Assembly (NCBI GenBank): GCA_017304125.1
Contig: JAFKLV010000370.1
Coordinates: 1-33,156 of the forward strand
Direction: 5' to 3'
Length of the DNA: 33,156 nucleotides
From: Sphingomonadales bacterium
GTDB lineage: Bacteria; Pseudomonadota; Alphaproteobacteria; Sphingomonadales; Sphingomonadaceae
Shown: positions 10,178-18,807 of the stretch, in pieces
Numbering within the stretch: the stretch's first letter is position 1
Layout: every line of letters begins with the position of its first letter
Translations under genes and position numbers: made by a program
Notes under the pieces: model-generated
The model's database searches: none
What the model was told of the DNA's origin: nothing
Seen by the model: only the letters and a program-made list of their open reading frames with translations

Positions 10178-10213
10178 AGGGCGGCGCGCCGGCGCGGGCC
10201 GCCCTTTTTTTTT
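10178..10213 (+). terminator. Rho-independent terminator
   Basis: Stem AGGGCGGC (10178-10185) / GCCGCCCT (10198-10205) followed by a T run to 10213, about 25 bp after the amidohydrolase 2 stop. Confidence 0.85.
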
Positions 10214-10218
10214 GTGCT

Positions 10219-11289
10219 TCACACCTGACGCTTGCGGACCGACCAGACGAAGCCGTCATACCAGAAGTGGAGCAGCGAGCAGGCGATGAACGGCGCGACG
10301 AGCCAGCGAACGCTGCCCGTCGCCGCCGCCGCATAGCCGAGCCCGAATATCGCGCTGCCGGCGAAGAACAACAGCGCCGCGCGGTGGCGGTTGCCGCGCC
10401 CGAGCAGGCCGGTCATGCGGCCGCCTTCCTTGGTCCACACCAGCGCGAAATATTGCACGGCGTGGTAGAGATTGACCGTCGCCAGCGCGACCAGCGGCGG
10501 CGAGAAACCCCAGGCGAGGATCGAGACCGCGCCGGTGACCAGCAGCGTCGCCAGCTTATGCGCCGGCAGCCGGTATCCCGCGCGCGACGCGCGATGATAA
10601 TCGATCGCGGTGCGGCCGATCACGACGCCATAGAGGCTGATCGCCGCCAGCCGGATGACATGGTTTTCGCCGGCCAGCACCCCCGGCAGCGTGGTCAGCG
10701 CGTGGAATGCGGTGCCGTCGAATTTGAGGAAATGATCCATATGCGTGGCAAGCGCGGCGCCGGCCGCGATCGGCCCGACATAGAGCGCCCAGTTCAGTCG
10801 GAGATCGGTGGCGCGCAACTGGTGCGGCGGGTTGCCGGCCTTCATGTCGTAGATGCGCGCGAAGCCGAAATTCTGCATCGCCGAATGATGCACGTCCCAG
10901 AAAACCGCGAGGACGGAGGCGAGGATCAGCGCGGTCGGCGACAGCAGCAGCAGCGCGATCAGCACGACCGGCACGACGGTAAGCCGCATGCGATAGGCGC
11001 TGAACACCTCACGGTTCAGATAGGCGCGCGGCACCACCGCGATCAGATGCGCCCAGGTCAGCACCGACACCGCGCCGAACAGCCCGATCACCATCGGCGC
11101 GGCGGCGGCCTGCGGCGCCAGCGCGTCCCACCCGCGCAGCCACGCCTGAATGAGCAGGAAGGCGAGCAAAGGCGCCCCCCAGAAGAACAAGGCATCGCGC
11201 CGCGGCCCGAGAATCGCATGCGCCGGATCGGCCAGCGCGCCGGACGGGCCCGACGCGAAAGAAGACGAATAGTGCGTGGCCAAACCCAT
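10219..11289 (-). CDS. Uncharacterised polytopic membrane protein with His motifs (candidate membrane metalloenzyme)
   Basis: Roughly 9-10 hydrophobic segments. Motifs WAHL...RAY, WDVHHSAMQNFG, YHAVQY and HFWYDGFVW. Confidence 0.75.
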   Translation of the reverse strand: MGLATHYSSSFASGPSGALADPAHAILGPRRDALFFWGAPLLAFLLIQAWLRGWDALAPQAAAAPMVIGLFGAVSVLTWAHLIAVVPRAYLNREVFSAYRMRLTVVPVVLIALLLLSPTALILASVLAVFWDVHHSAMQNFGFARIYDMKAGNPPHQLRATDLRLNWALYVGPIAAGAALATHMDHFLKFDGTAFHALTTLPGVLAGENHVIRLAAISLYGVVIGRTAIDYHRASRAGYRLPAHKLATLLVTGAVSILAWGFSPPLVALATVNLYHAVQYFALVWTKEGGRMTGLLGRGNRHRAALLFFAGSAIFGLGYAAAATGSVRWLVAPFIACSLLHFWYDGFVWSVRKRQV

Positions 11290-11363
11290 TCTCCGACAAG
11301 CGCGGTTGGGGGATTAAGCTGCCACGGTTAACGCTCCATCTAATCTTCGCTTCATTTTCGCGC

Positions 11364-11717
11364 CTATTTCAGCGCCTTGAACTCCGCGATCAGCTTCGTG
11401 CGCTGCGCCGCATCGGGCATGCCGCTATAGATCATCCGCGTCCCCGGCACCGCGGCGCGCGGATTGGCGAGAAAGGCATCGAGCGCCGCCTCGCTCCACA
11501 CGCCCTTTTGCGCCTTCATCGCCGGCGAATAAGCGAAGCCGGCGACCGCGGCCTTGGGCCGCCCGACGACATGGCTCAATGTCGGGCCAAGGCGGTTTTC
11601 GCCCGGCTTGGTCGAATGACACATCGCGCACGGCGCGAGCGCCGCGCCGGTTTGCGCCGATGCCGCCACCGGCGACACGACCAGCGCAGCGCCCACCAAA
11701 ATCAATCGTTCGATCAT
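11364..11717 (-). CDS. Class I cytochrome c (c2-like), periplasmic
   Basis: ATG 11717 follows GGAAAGGGA. It has a signal peptide, a CAMCH heme motif, LGPTLSHVVGR, FAYSPAM and PGTRM (distal Met ligand). Confidence 0.92.
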   Translation of the reverse strand: MIERLILVGAALVVSPVAASAQTGAALAPCAMCHSTKPGENRLGPTLSHVVGRPKAAVAGFAYSPAMKAQKGVWSEAALDAFLANPRAAVPGTRMIYSGMPDAAQRTKLIAEFKALK

Positions 11718-11742
11718 CGCATCCCTTTCCGAAATTCGCGCG

Positions 11743-13692
11743 TCAGCCGCAACAGCCGCCGCCGTGGCGGATGCTCGCCGCATCGCGCGCGGCGGGCACG
11801 TCGCTGCCGGCATTGGCGGCGAAGAATCCGTTCGGCTTGAGCATGAAGCCGGCATATTCGACCGGCATCACCGGAAAATCCTCCGGCTTGCAGACATGGG
11901 TGTGGCCGAAACTGTGCCACAGCACGATATCGGCATTGGCGATATCGCGGTTGGCGGCGATGTAGCGCGGCAGCCCGTCGCCGCCCTGATGCTGGTTGGG
12001 ATAATCGCCGCTCGCATAGCGCTCGGCCGGGTCATAGCGCGTCACCCAGACATGTTTGGCGGCAAAGCCGCCGCGCGCGTGGACATAGCTGCCGGGCTGG
12101 GCGAGCATCAGCGGGCTGGGCTGGACGACCAGTTTATACCCCGGCGCGCCGCCGACCGAATTGGTGCGGTTGGGATTGACGATCTTCCAATAGCGCCCGG
12201 TGCGCCCGTCCGCCTCGCGCGCGGCGTCGCGCTCGCGCTCGAGCGGGCGGCTGACCAGATCGAAGACATTGCCGTGCGGATTGTCGGTGCCCCACGGGCG
12301 CGGATGGAATTCATGTTCGGAGACGCTGTTTCCCTCGTCGCCGTCGACCATCATATGCATGCGCACGTTGAAGAAATGCTGGTGGGTCGGCCCGCCCAGC
12401 CCGTCGTCGACCATTCCGCCCCAGCGATAGCGCTCACCCGGCGCGACCGCCGCGGTCTGGATGATCCCGGTCAGCTTCGCCTCGAGCTGGATCGTGCCAT
12501 CCTGATAGAGATACCAATAGAAGCCGTAATCGTAATTGCCGACCGTCGCGAAGAAGCTGATCACCAGCCGCCGCGAGCGCCGCGTTTCGTGAACCCCGGT
12601 GCGAAATTCGTGATGCTTCCACAGGATGCCATAATCCTCCTCATGCATGCAGATGGCGTTCTTCATCACCATCGGCCGCCCGAGATCGTCGACCGCCGGC
12701 ACGTCGAAATAATGGATATGGCCGAGGCAGTCGCACCCCAGTTCGAGCGCATTGGCCAGCCGCCCCAGGCCATATTCACCGGCATCGAACGCGCTTTTCC
12801 AATAATGATTGGCGGTGGGATCGGCATAAGGCACGACCATCTCGGTCACGCTCGCGCGATAGATGATCGGGCGCTCGCGCCCGTCGTCGGCATAGCTCAA
12901 TTGATGCAGCACCAGCCCCTCGCGCGGGGTGAAGCCGATGCGGAACGACCATTTCTGCCAATCGACCCGCCAGCCGTCGACCGCGAAGCTCGGCCCGTCC
13001 GGCTGGACGATATGCAGCGGCTTCAGGTCGGTGCGCGGCGCGGGGAGATCCTTGGCCTCGTAATTGCGCTTCTTGCGCGGGATCGGGACGATAACGGGCT
13101 CGTCGACCAAGGTGACGATCTCCTCGCGGTTGAGATCGACCACCGCGACCAGCCCCTCGATCGGATGGGCATAGCCATTGTCATTGGGCTGTTCGCGATA
13201 ATAAGCCACCGCGCGGACGCAGCGCCGCCCGGCCTCGGCGGCATAGCCGAAATGGCCGGCGGAAAAGGGATCGACCTGCACCAGATCGATCTCCGCCGCG
13301 CTCAGCCCGCGGCGCGCCACCGCCGCGCGCCACGCCGGATCGCGCTTCACCGCGCGCTCGACCGCCTGAAATTCCTCCAGCATCACCGCGGGCTGGCCGA
13401 ACGGTGGCTGGTCCAGCGCCAGGAGTTGCCAGTCGCTCACCACCCCGGCGGCCAGATCGACCACCGCCTCGATCGTCGCCCCGGTATCGCGCCGCAACAG
13501 CACCAGTGCCGCCTCGCGCCGCAGCGTGTCGCCGGGTCGCCACGCGAGCACCGCCGGCTTGGGCGGCTCGCGTAGCTCGACGCTGACGAAGCGCAACCGC
13601 GGATCACCCCCCTCGCGGGCGCGGATGGCGGCCAGCGCGACATCGATCTCGGCGGTGGTGAGCGGGTCCAGCGGGTGAGTCACGCGCGTCAT
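11743..13692 (-). CDS. tynA: Copper/TPQ primary-amine oxidase
   Basis: N-terminal HPLDPLT, catalytic base in AFDAGEYG, CDC, TPQ consensus TVGNYDY, and Cu ligands HQH and HTH. No signal peptide; GAGAGG RBS. Confidence 0.95.
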   Translation of the reverse strand: MTRVTHPLDPLTTAEIDVALAAIRAREGGDPRLRFVSVELREPPKPAVLAWRPGDTLRREAALVLLRRDTGATIEAVVDLAAGVVSDWQLLALDQPPFGQPAVMLEEFQAVERAVKRDPAWRAAVARRGLSAAEIDLVQVDPFSAGHFGYAAEAGRRCVRAVAYYREQPNDNGYAHPIEGLVAVVDLNREEIVTLVDEPVIVPIPRKKRNYEAKDLPAPRTDLKPLHIVQPDGPSFAVDGWRVDWQKWSFRIGFTPREGLVLHQLSYADDGRERPIIYRASVTEMVVPYADPTANHYWKSAFDAGEYGLGRLANALELGCDCLGHIHYFDVPAVDDLGRPMVMKNAICMHEEDYGILWKHHEFRTGVHETRRSRRLVISFFATVGNYDYGFYWYLYQDGTIQLEAKLTGIIQTAAVAPGERYRWGGMVDDGLGGPTHQHFFNVRMHMMVDGDEGNSVSEHEFHPRPWGTDNPHGNVFDLVSRPLERERDAAREADGRTGRYWKIVNPNRTNSVGGAPGYKLVVQPSPLMLAQPGSYVHARGGFAAKHVWVTRYDPAERYASGDYPNQHQGGDGLPRYIAANRDIANADIVLWHSFGHTHVCKPEDFPVMPVEYAGFMLKPNGFFAANAGSDVPAARDAASIRHGGGCCG

Positions 13693-13791
13693 TTTATTAG
13701 CCTCTCAAACATTTTATCGAACCGGCTTCGCGCAATTTTTCGATGTTTACCGTGTTATGATATCGAATCCGCGCCGCTCGTCGGCTCATAA

Positions 13792-13806
13792 ACAAGTTTG
13801 TTGCCA
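13792..13806 (-). promoter_or_regulatory. Possible sigma54 -24/-12 promoter for the amine oxidase
   Basis: The minus strand reads TGGCAA-CAAAC-TTGT versus consensus TGGCAC-N5-TTGC. Spacing is correct but -12 is GT rather than GC. Confidence 0.3.
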
Positions 13807-13821
13807 AATTAAATCGCCGCT

Positions 13822-13843
13822 GTAAATTATCATGATAAATTAC
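13822..13843. promoter_or_regulatory. AT-rich palindromic operator candidate
   Basis: GTAAATTATCATGATAAATTAC has a perfect 12-bp core TTATCATGATAA (13827-13838) plus GTAA/TTAC arms, and lies between divergent genes. Confidence 0.55.
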
Positions 13844-13857
13844 CGATGGAGAGGCGC

Positions 13858-13899
13858 ATGGCGGGAATCGGGCGGCGAGCGACGGGCGGTGCGTGGTGA
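13858..13899 (+). CDS. Putative 13-aa leader mini-ORF (MAGIGRRATGGAW)
   Basis: GGAGAGG at 13848-13854 precedes ATG 13858. Its TGA (13897-13899) overlaps the GTG at 13896 of the next gene. Confidence 0.35.
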   Translation: MAGIGRRATGGAW

Positions 13900-15014
13900 C
13901 CACCGGCTTCTTCCACGACGAGCGGACCTTGTGGCATTTCGGCGCGGTCCACACCGGCAATCTGCCGGCGGGCGGCTGGGTGCAACCGTCGAACGGCGGC
14001 TTCATGGCCGAGGCGCCCGATCCCAAGCGCCGCATCGTTTCGCTGCTCGAAGTCTCCGGCGTCGCGGCATCGCTCGACCGGCGCAGCGCCGAACCCGCGC
14101 CGGAGGAGGCGCTGCGCCGCGTCCATACGCGCGACTATCTCGATCGCTTCGCACAGCTCAGCGCGGCCGGCGGCGGCACCGTCGGGCAGGATGCCAGTTT
14201 CGGCCCCGGCGGCTATGACAATGCACGGCTTTCCGCCGGACTGGCGATCGCCGCGATCGAGGCGGTGCTGAGCGGGTCGCACGACAATACCTATGCGATG
14301 ACGCGCCCGCCGGGGCATCATTGCCTGCCCGACCGCGGCTTCGGCTTCTGCCTGCTCGCCAATGGCGCGATCGCGGTGGAGGCAGCGATCGCGCGGCATC
14401 GATTGTCGCGCGTCGCAATCCTCGACTGGGACGTGCATCACGGCAACGGCACGCAGGCGATCTTCGAGGCGCGGCGCGATGTGCTGACGATCTCGATCCA
14501 CCAGGACAATTGCTATCCGATCGCCTCCGGCGCCGCGTCGGAGCGCGGCACCGGGGCGGGCGAAGGCTATAATCTCAATATCCCGCTGCTCCCCGGCGGC
14601 GGCGATCAGGCCTATCTCGATGCGCTTGATCTGGTCGTCGCGCCGGCACTGCGGCGTTATCGCCCGGAGCTGATCGTGATCGCCAGCGGGGTGGATGCCA
14701 ATGCGCTCGATCCGCTCGCGCGGATGCTGGCGCATAGCGAAACCTTCCGCGCGATGATGACCCGCGCGCGCGCGCTGGCCGACGAATTGTGCGACGGGCG
14801 GCTCGTCGCGATCCACGAGGGTGGCTATTCCGAAGTCTATACCCCGTTCTGCGCGCATGCCTTGATCGAGGCGCTGAGCGGCGCGCGCAGCGGCGTGGTC
14901 GATCCGATCCTCGATTTCGTCCGCGCGCAACAACCCCATGAGGCGATGCGCGCGCTACAGCGCCGGCTGCTCGTTGAACAGGCCGAAGCGCTCGATCTCG
15001 CGAGGCGCGCATGA
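13896..15014 (+). CDS. Class II histone-deacetylase-like amidohydrolase (acetylpolyamine amidohydrolase/HDAH family)
   Basis: RPPGHH, GFGFCLLAN, DWDVHHGNGTQ, ISIHQ, SGVDANALDPL and HEGGY. Start is GTG at 13893 or 13896. Confidence 0.94.
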   Translation: MTTGFFHDERTLWHFGAVHTGNLPAGGWVQPSNGGFMAEAPDPKRRIVSLLEVSGVAASLDRRSAEPAPEEALRRVHTRDYLDRFAQLSAAGGGTVGQDASFGPGGYDNARLSAGLAIAAIEAVLSGSHDNTYAMTRPPGHHCLPDRGFGFCLLANGAIAVEAAIARHRLSRVAILDWDVHHGNGTQAIFEARRDVLTISIHQDNCYPIASGAASERGTGAGEGYNLNIPLLPGGGDQAYLDALDLVVAPALRRYRPELIVIASGVDANALDPLARMLAHSETFRAMMTRARALADELCDGRLVAIHEGGYSEVYTPFCAHALIEALSGARSGVVDPILDFVRAQQPHEAMRALQRRLLVEQAEALDLARRA

Positions 15015-16165
15015 AGGCCGGTGCCGCCCCCGCGCCCGAGACATGGGATAAGGTGGCGCGGATCGTCGCGTTCAGCGCGATCGTGCCGCTCGCCTTGCTC
15101 GTCGCGCCGGTGCTGACCACCCAGCTGATCGCCGAGCGCGGGCTGACCCCGGCCGATGTCGGCGATTATTTCCTGTTCGAGCTCGGCGGGATCAGCCTCG
15201 CCTCGCTCCCCGCCTTATGGTGGATGCGCCGCTTCACCTCGCGCCAGATCGCGCCGGTCGCGGCCGGGGTGTTCATTGTCGGCAACCTGCTGTCCGCCAT
15301 CGCCCCCGGCATCGCCTTGCTGTTCGCGATGCGGCTGGTGACCGCGATGGCGGGCGGCGCGCTGATGCTGCTGTGCCTCAACGCCGCCGGCGCCTCGGCC
15401 AATCGCGACCGGCTGTTCGGCTGGTGGATCGCCGGCCAGCTCGTCCTGGGCGCGATCGGGCTGACGCTGCTGCCGCGGCTGTTCGCTTATGTCGGGCTCA
15501 ATGCCTTTTATTTCCTGATGGCCGCCGCAATGGCCGCGGCCTTCCCGCTCGCCTTTCGCTTCGACGCGCCGACGATCGCGCCGCGCCCCGCCGGTGGCAC
15601 GCGACGCGGCGCGCTGCTGCCGGTCGTCGCGATGATCGCGGTGCTCGCTTTCTATGTCGGGCTCGGCGGATGCTGGGCGTTCATGTCGGTGATCGCCGGC
15701 CGCGCCGGGCTGAAGCCATTGCCGGTCGCCGATACGATCGCGCTCGCCTCGCTGCTCGGTATCGCGGGCGCGTTGCTCGCGACCTTTCTCGGCGGGCGCA
15801 TCCGCCGCGGCTATGCGCTGGCGATCGGCTATGCGTTGCTGCTCGGCGCGGTGCTGATGCTACCCGGCCGGCTCGACCTCACCGCCTTCGCCGGCGCGGC
15901 TTATGCCTTCAAATTCTCCTGGACCTTCACCCTGCCGTTCATCCTCGCGGCGATCGCCAGCCGCGATACCGGCGGGGGGATCATGGCGTGGGTCAATATG
16001 GTGATCGGCTTCGGCACCTCGATCGGCCCGGTGATCACCGGGCGCATCCTGAGCCACGCCGGCGCGACGGCGATGCTGGTCTTCTGCGCCGCGATGATCG
16101 CCGCTTCTGTCGCGCTGCTCGGATTGATCGAGGCCGGCGTGGTAACCGGAAAGGAAACGAGATGA
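15011..16165 (+). CDS. MFS transporter
   Basis: About 12 hydrophobic helices in two halves, with an MFS-type loop (LGGRIRRG). ATGA overlap with the HDAC stop. Confidence 0.85.
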   Translation: MKAGAAPAPETWDKVARIVAFSAIVPLALLVAPVLTTQLIAERGLTPADVGDYFLFELGGISLASLPALWWMRRFTSRQIAPVAAGVFIVGNLLSAIAPGIALLFAMRLVTAMAGGALMLLCLNAAGASANRDRLFGWWIAGQLVLGAIGLTLLPRLFAYVGLNAFYFLMAAAMAAAFPLAFRFDAPTIAPRPAGGTRRGALLPVVAMIAVLAFYVGLGGCWAFMSVIAGRAGLKPLPVADTIALASLLGIAGALLATFLGGRIRRGYALAIGYALLLGAVLMLPGRLDLTAFAGAAYAFKFSWTFTLPFILAAIASRDTGGGIMAWVNMVIGFGTSIGPVITGRILSHAGATAMLVFCAAMIAASVALLGLIEAGVVTGKETR

Positions 16166-16533
16166 GCTTCGACACCCCCCGCGCCACGCTCGACGCTTAT
16201 GCGGCAGGCTGCAAGGCGCTCGACCGCGACCTGCTCGCCCGCTGCTTCCACCGCGCTGCGGTGATGAGCGGCGACCTCGACGGGACGATGCTGATCGGCG
16301 GCCCCGCGCCGTTTCTCGACGATGTCGCGGCGCTCGCCGCGACGGGGATTGATCACGCGGATTTCGCCGCCAATGTGATCGAGCTGACCGTCAACGGCCG
16401 CGTCGCGGCCGGCGCGGTTCACTCGACCGCGTTCGCCGGCCGGTACGATTTCCTCGATCGCTTCCATCTGGTCGAGGATGCCGGCGGGTGGCTGATCACC
16501 AGCAAATGCTTCACCACCCTGGGGACGCGCTGA
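16162..16533 (+). CDS. NTF2-like (Lumazine_bd_2/SnoaL-type) small protein
   Basis: ATG 16162 follows AAGGA, with an ATGA overlap. LDAYAAG...LARCFH...AVM and FLDRFHLVEDAGGWLITSKCF are typical of this fold. It is the last 123 aa of track ORF 15217..16533. Confidence 0.8.
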   Translation: MSFDTPRATLDAYAAGCKALDRDLLARCFHRAAVMSGDLDGTMLIGGPAPFLDDVAALAATGIDHADFAANVIELTVNGRVAAGAVHSTAFAGRYDFLDRFHLVEDAGGWLITSKCFTTLGTR

Positions 16534-16539
16534 CGCGCC

Positions 16540-18807
16540 TCACCGCGGGCGATCATGCCCCGCGACCGCCGCGGCGTGAAGCTCGTCGAAGCAGCGCCGG
16601 TCGGACAGCGCGGCCATCAGTTCATCGCGGCTGAGCTTTTCCACCGCATTGATCTTGGCCAGCAAGGCGCCCGCCACCTGCGGCCGCGCGCGCGTCTCGC
16701 GGCGGTGGAGGACATAGAAACGCGGATCGCGCAGCGCCTCGGCAATCACCGCATCGGGCGCGGTGACATCGGGCAGCACATCGCGGAAACGCGCCTCCCA
16801 GCGCAGCACCGCGCGCACCACCGGCGGGGTCTCGATCTCTTCGGGGATCGCGAACAGGTGCCGCGACGCGACGCCGTCGAACGTCCGGCTGGTGATCGCC
16901 GCGATCCAGATCGAGAAGGTGAAGCCCAGCAGCACTGGCGAGAACCAGATCAACAGGTCGATCGGCTCGACCAGCCCGCCCGACATCGCCGAGAGCAGCA
17001 TCGTCTGCGTCCACGGCACATGGCTGATCGAATAGATCATCGCGGCAAGGCAGGCGGTGCCGAGCGCGCTGATCCAGCCGAAATGGCGCACGCACAATTC
17101 CATCGACAGCGGCTCGTCGCCGCGCGCCTGCGTGCCCCAGGTAATGCTCCGGCGCTTCACGAACATCCACAGGAAGCGCGTGATGCAGATCATGATCAGC
17201 GGCGAGAAGAAGAAGGAGAACAGGGTTTCGAGCAACACCGACAGCACCAGCTTGTCCTTGCCGCCGAACAGCCGCGCGCGATCCTGCGCGATATGGATGC
17301 CGACCGCGATCAGCCGCGGCATGAACAGGAAGACGAGCGAGGAGATCAGCAGCATCAGCATCGGCATCTGGATCATCTTCAGGCTGCCGAGGCCGAGCAG
17401 GCCATAATGCAGGAAGTTGAGCATCCCGAACACCGAGATCACCAGGAACGACGCCCATAATGGCGCCGACAGATAGCCCATCGATCCGTTGATGAAGGTC
17501 TCGCGGTGGATCGAACGCAGCCCGCGCAGGAAGACGAAGCGCAGATGCTGGAGATTGCCCTGCATCCAGCGCCGCTCGCGGATGATGAAGGCAAGGATGT
17601 TGGCGGGCATCTCCTCATAGCTGCCCTTGGTATCGGCGAGGAACCACACTTCGTAACCGGCACGCGCCACCAAAGCGGATTCGATGATGTCGTGGCTCAT
17701 CGGCTTGCCGCCCCACGGCTTGGGGCCGGACAAGGTGGGGAGCATCGCATGGCGGACGAACGGGGCCATGCGGAGCATCGCATTATGCCCGATATAGCTC
17801 GCATTCCCCATATACATGGCCTGCAGCCCGTAAGAGAAAACCGAGCCGTAGAGCCGCGCGCCGAATTGCTGCATCCGCCCGAACAGGCTGGTGCGCAGGA
17901 TCGGCGTGGGGTTGGTCTGGAGGATGCCGATGCGATCGTTGCCGGACATCATCCGCAACAGATCGACGATCGCATCGCCGTCCATCACGCTATCGGCGTC
18001 CATCACCAGCATATAATCGTAATCGCCGCCCCAGCGCCGGCAGAAGTCACTGATATTGCCCATCTTCGCATTGGCGTTGCTGACGCGCCAGCGATAGAAG
18101 AAACGCCCCTCGGGCAACGCCTCGCGCAGCCGCTGCACCGCTTCTTCCTCGACGATGCGATAGGCCGGGTCGCGGCTGTCGGAGAGCAGGTAATTGTCGA
18201 AATGATGCGCGAAGCCGGGGTGTTTGGTCGCAAGCGATTCCCACGTCGCGGCGATCCCCGCGGCGACCCGTTCGACATCCTCGTGATAGACCGGATAGAC
18301 GATCGCCACCCGCACATTCGGCAGCGGATCGCACGCGCGATGCGCCGGATGCCACGGATTCCCCTTCGGCCCGCGCAACATATACCAGGTGCCGAGCATC
18401 ATCTTGTAGAAGTTCGCGCACAGGAAGAAGGTCATCGTCCCGTAGACGAGCAGATAGAGCCAGAAGGCGGCTTCTGGCATCTGCTGCGCGCGCAGCATGA
18501 TCGCGGAGAGATAGAGGATCGCCCCGGTCGTCGCGATGGTCAGCGCGAGGCTGACGCGCTGGCGATATTCCACCACGCGCTGCCAGCCGCGCTGCGCCCC
18601 GCGCGCGAAGGGCTTGCTGCGCAAATTGCCCTTCAGCGACAGATCGAGCTGCGGCGTCGCGATCGGCCGGCGGCGCGGCGGCGGCTGGAGCGGGGGCGTC
18701 CCGTCGTCGTCGAGATGGCGGCGCAGGTCCGCCCAGTCGCCGACGCCGCCGTCGGGCGCCCCGTGGAAGCACAGGTGTCGCAGATAGAGTTCGAACGGCG
18801 CGTTCAT
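16540..18807 (-). CDS. mdoH: Glucans biosynthesis glucosyltransferase H (OpgH/MdoH, GT2)
   Basis: Two N-terminal TM helices, PVYHED, LSDS, KMGNISDFCRRWG, MDADSVM, LFGRMQQF, YIGHNA, SHDIIE, GSYEEMP, RRWMQGNLQH, several C-terminal TM helices and IPEE. Confidence 0.93.
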   Translation of the reverse strand: MNAPFELYLRHLCFHGAPDGGVGDWADLRRHLDDDGTPPLQPPPRRRPIATPQLDLSLKGNLRSKPFARGAQRGWQRVVEYRQRVSLALTIATTGAILYLSAIMLRAQQMPEAAFWLYLLVYGTMTFFLCANFYKMMLGTWYMLRGPKGNPWHPAHRACDPLPNVRVAIVYPVYHEDVERVAAGIAATWESLATKHPGFAHHFDNYLLSDSRDPAYRIVEEEAVQRLREALPEGRFFYRWRVSNANAKMGNISDFCRRWGGDYDYMLVMDADSVMDGDAIVDLLRMMSGNDRIGILQTNPTPILRTSLFGRMQQFGARLYGSVFSYGLQAMYMGNASYIGHNAMLRMAPFVRHAMLPTLSGPKPWGGKPMSHDIIESALVARAGYEVWFLADTKGSYEEMPANILAFIIRERRWMQGNLQHLRFVFLRGLRSIHRETFINGSMGYLSAPLWASFLVISVFGMLNFLHYGLLGLGSLKMIQMPMLMLLISSLVFLFMPRLIAVGIHIAQDRARLFGGKDKLVLSVLLETLFSFFFSPLIMICITRFLWMFVKRRSITWGTQARGDEPLSMELCVRHFGWISALGTACLAAMIYSISHVPWTQTMLLSAMSGGLVEPIDLLIWFSPVLLGFTFSIWIAAITSRTFDGVASRHLFAIPEEIETPPVVRAVLRWEARFRDVLPDVTAPDAVIAEALRDPRFYVLHRRETRARPQVAGALLAKINAVEKLSRDELMAALSDRRCFDELHAAAVAGHDRPR

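Noticed and set aside
11314-11331. TTAA...TTAA pair as a CtrA site
   Set aside because: The spacer is 10 nt, not the 7 required.
15217-16161. Long N-terminal part of track ORF 15217..16533
   Set aside because: It is an off-frame overlap with the MFS gene; only 16162..16533 is a credible protein.
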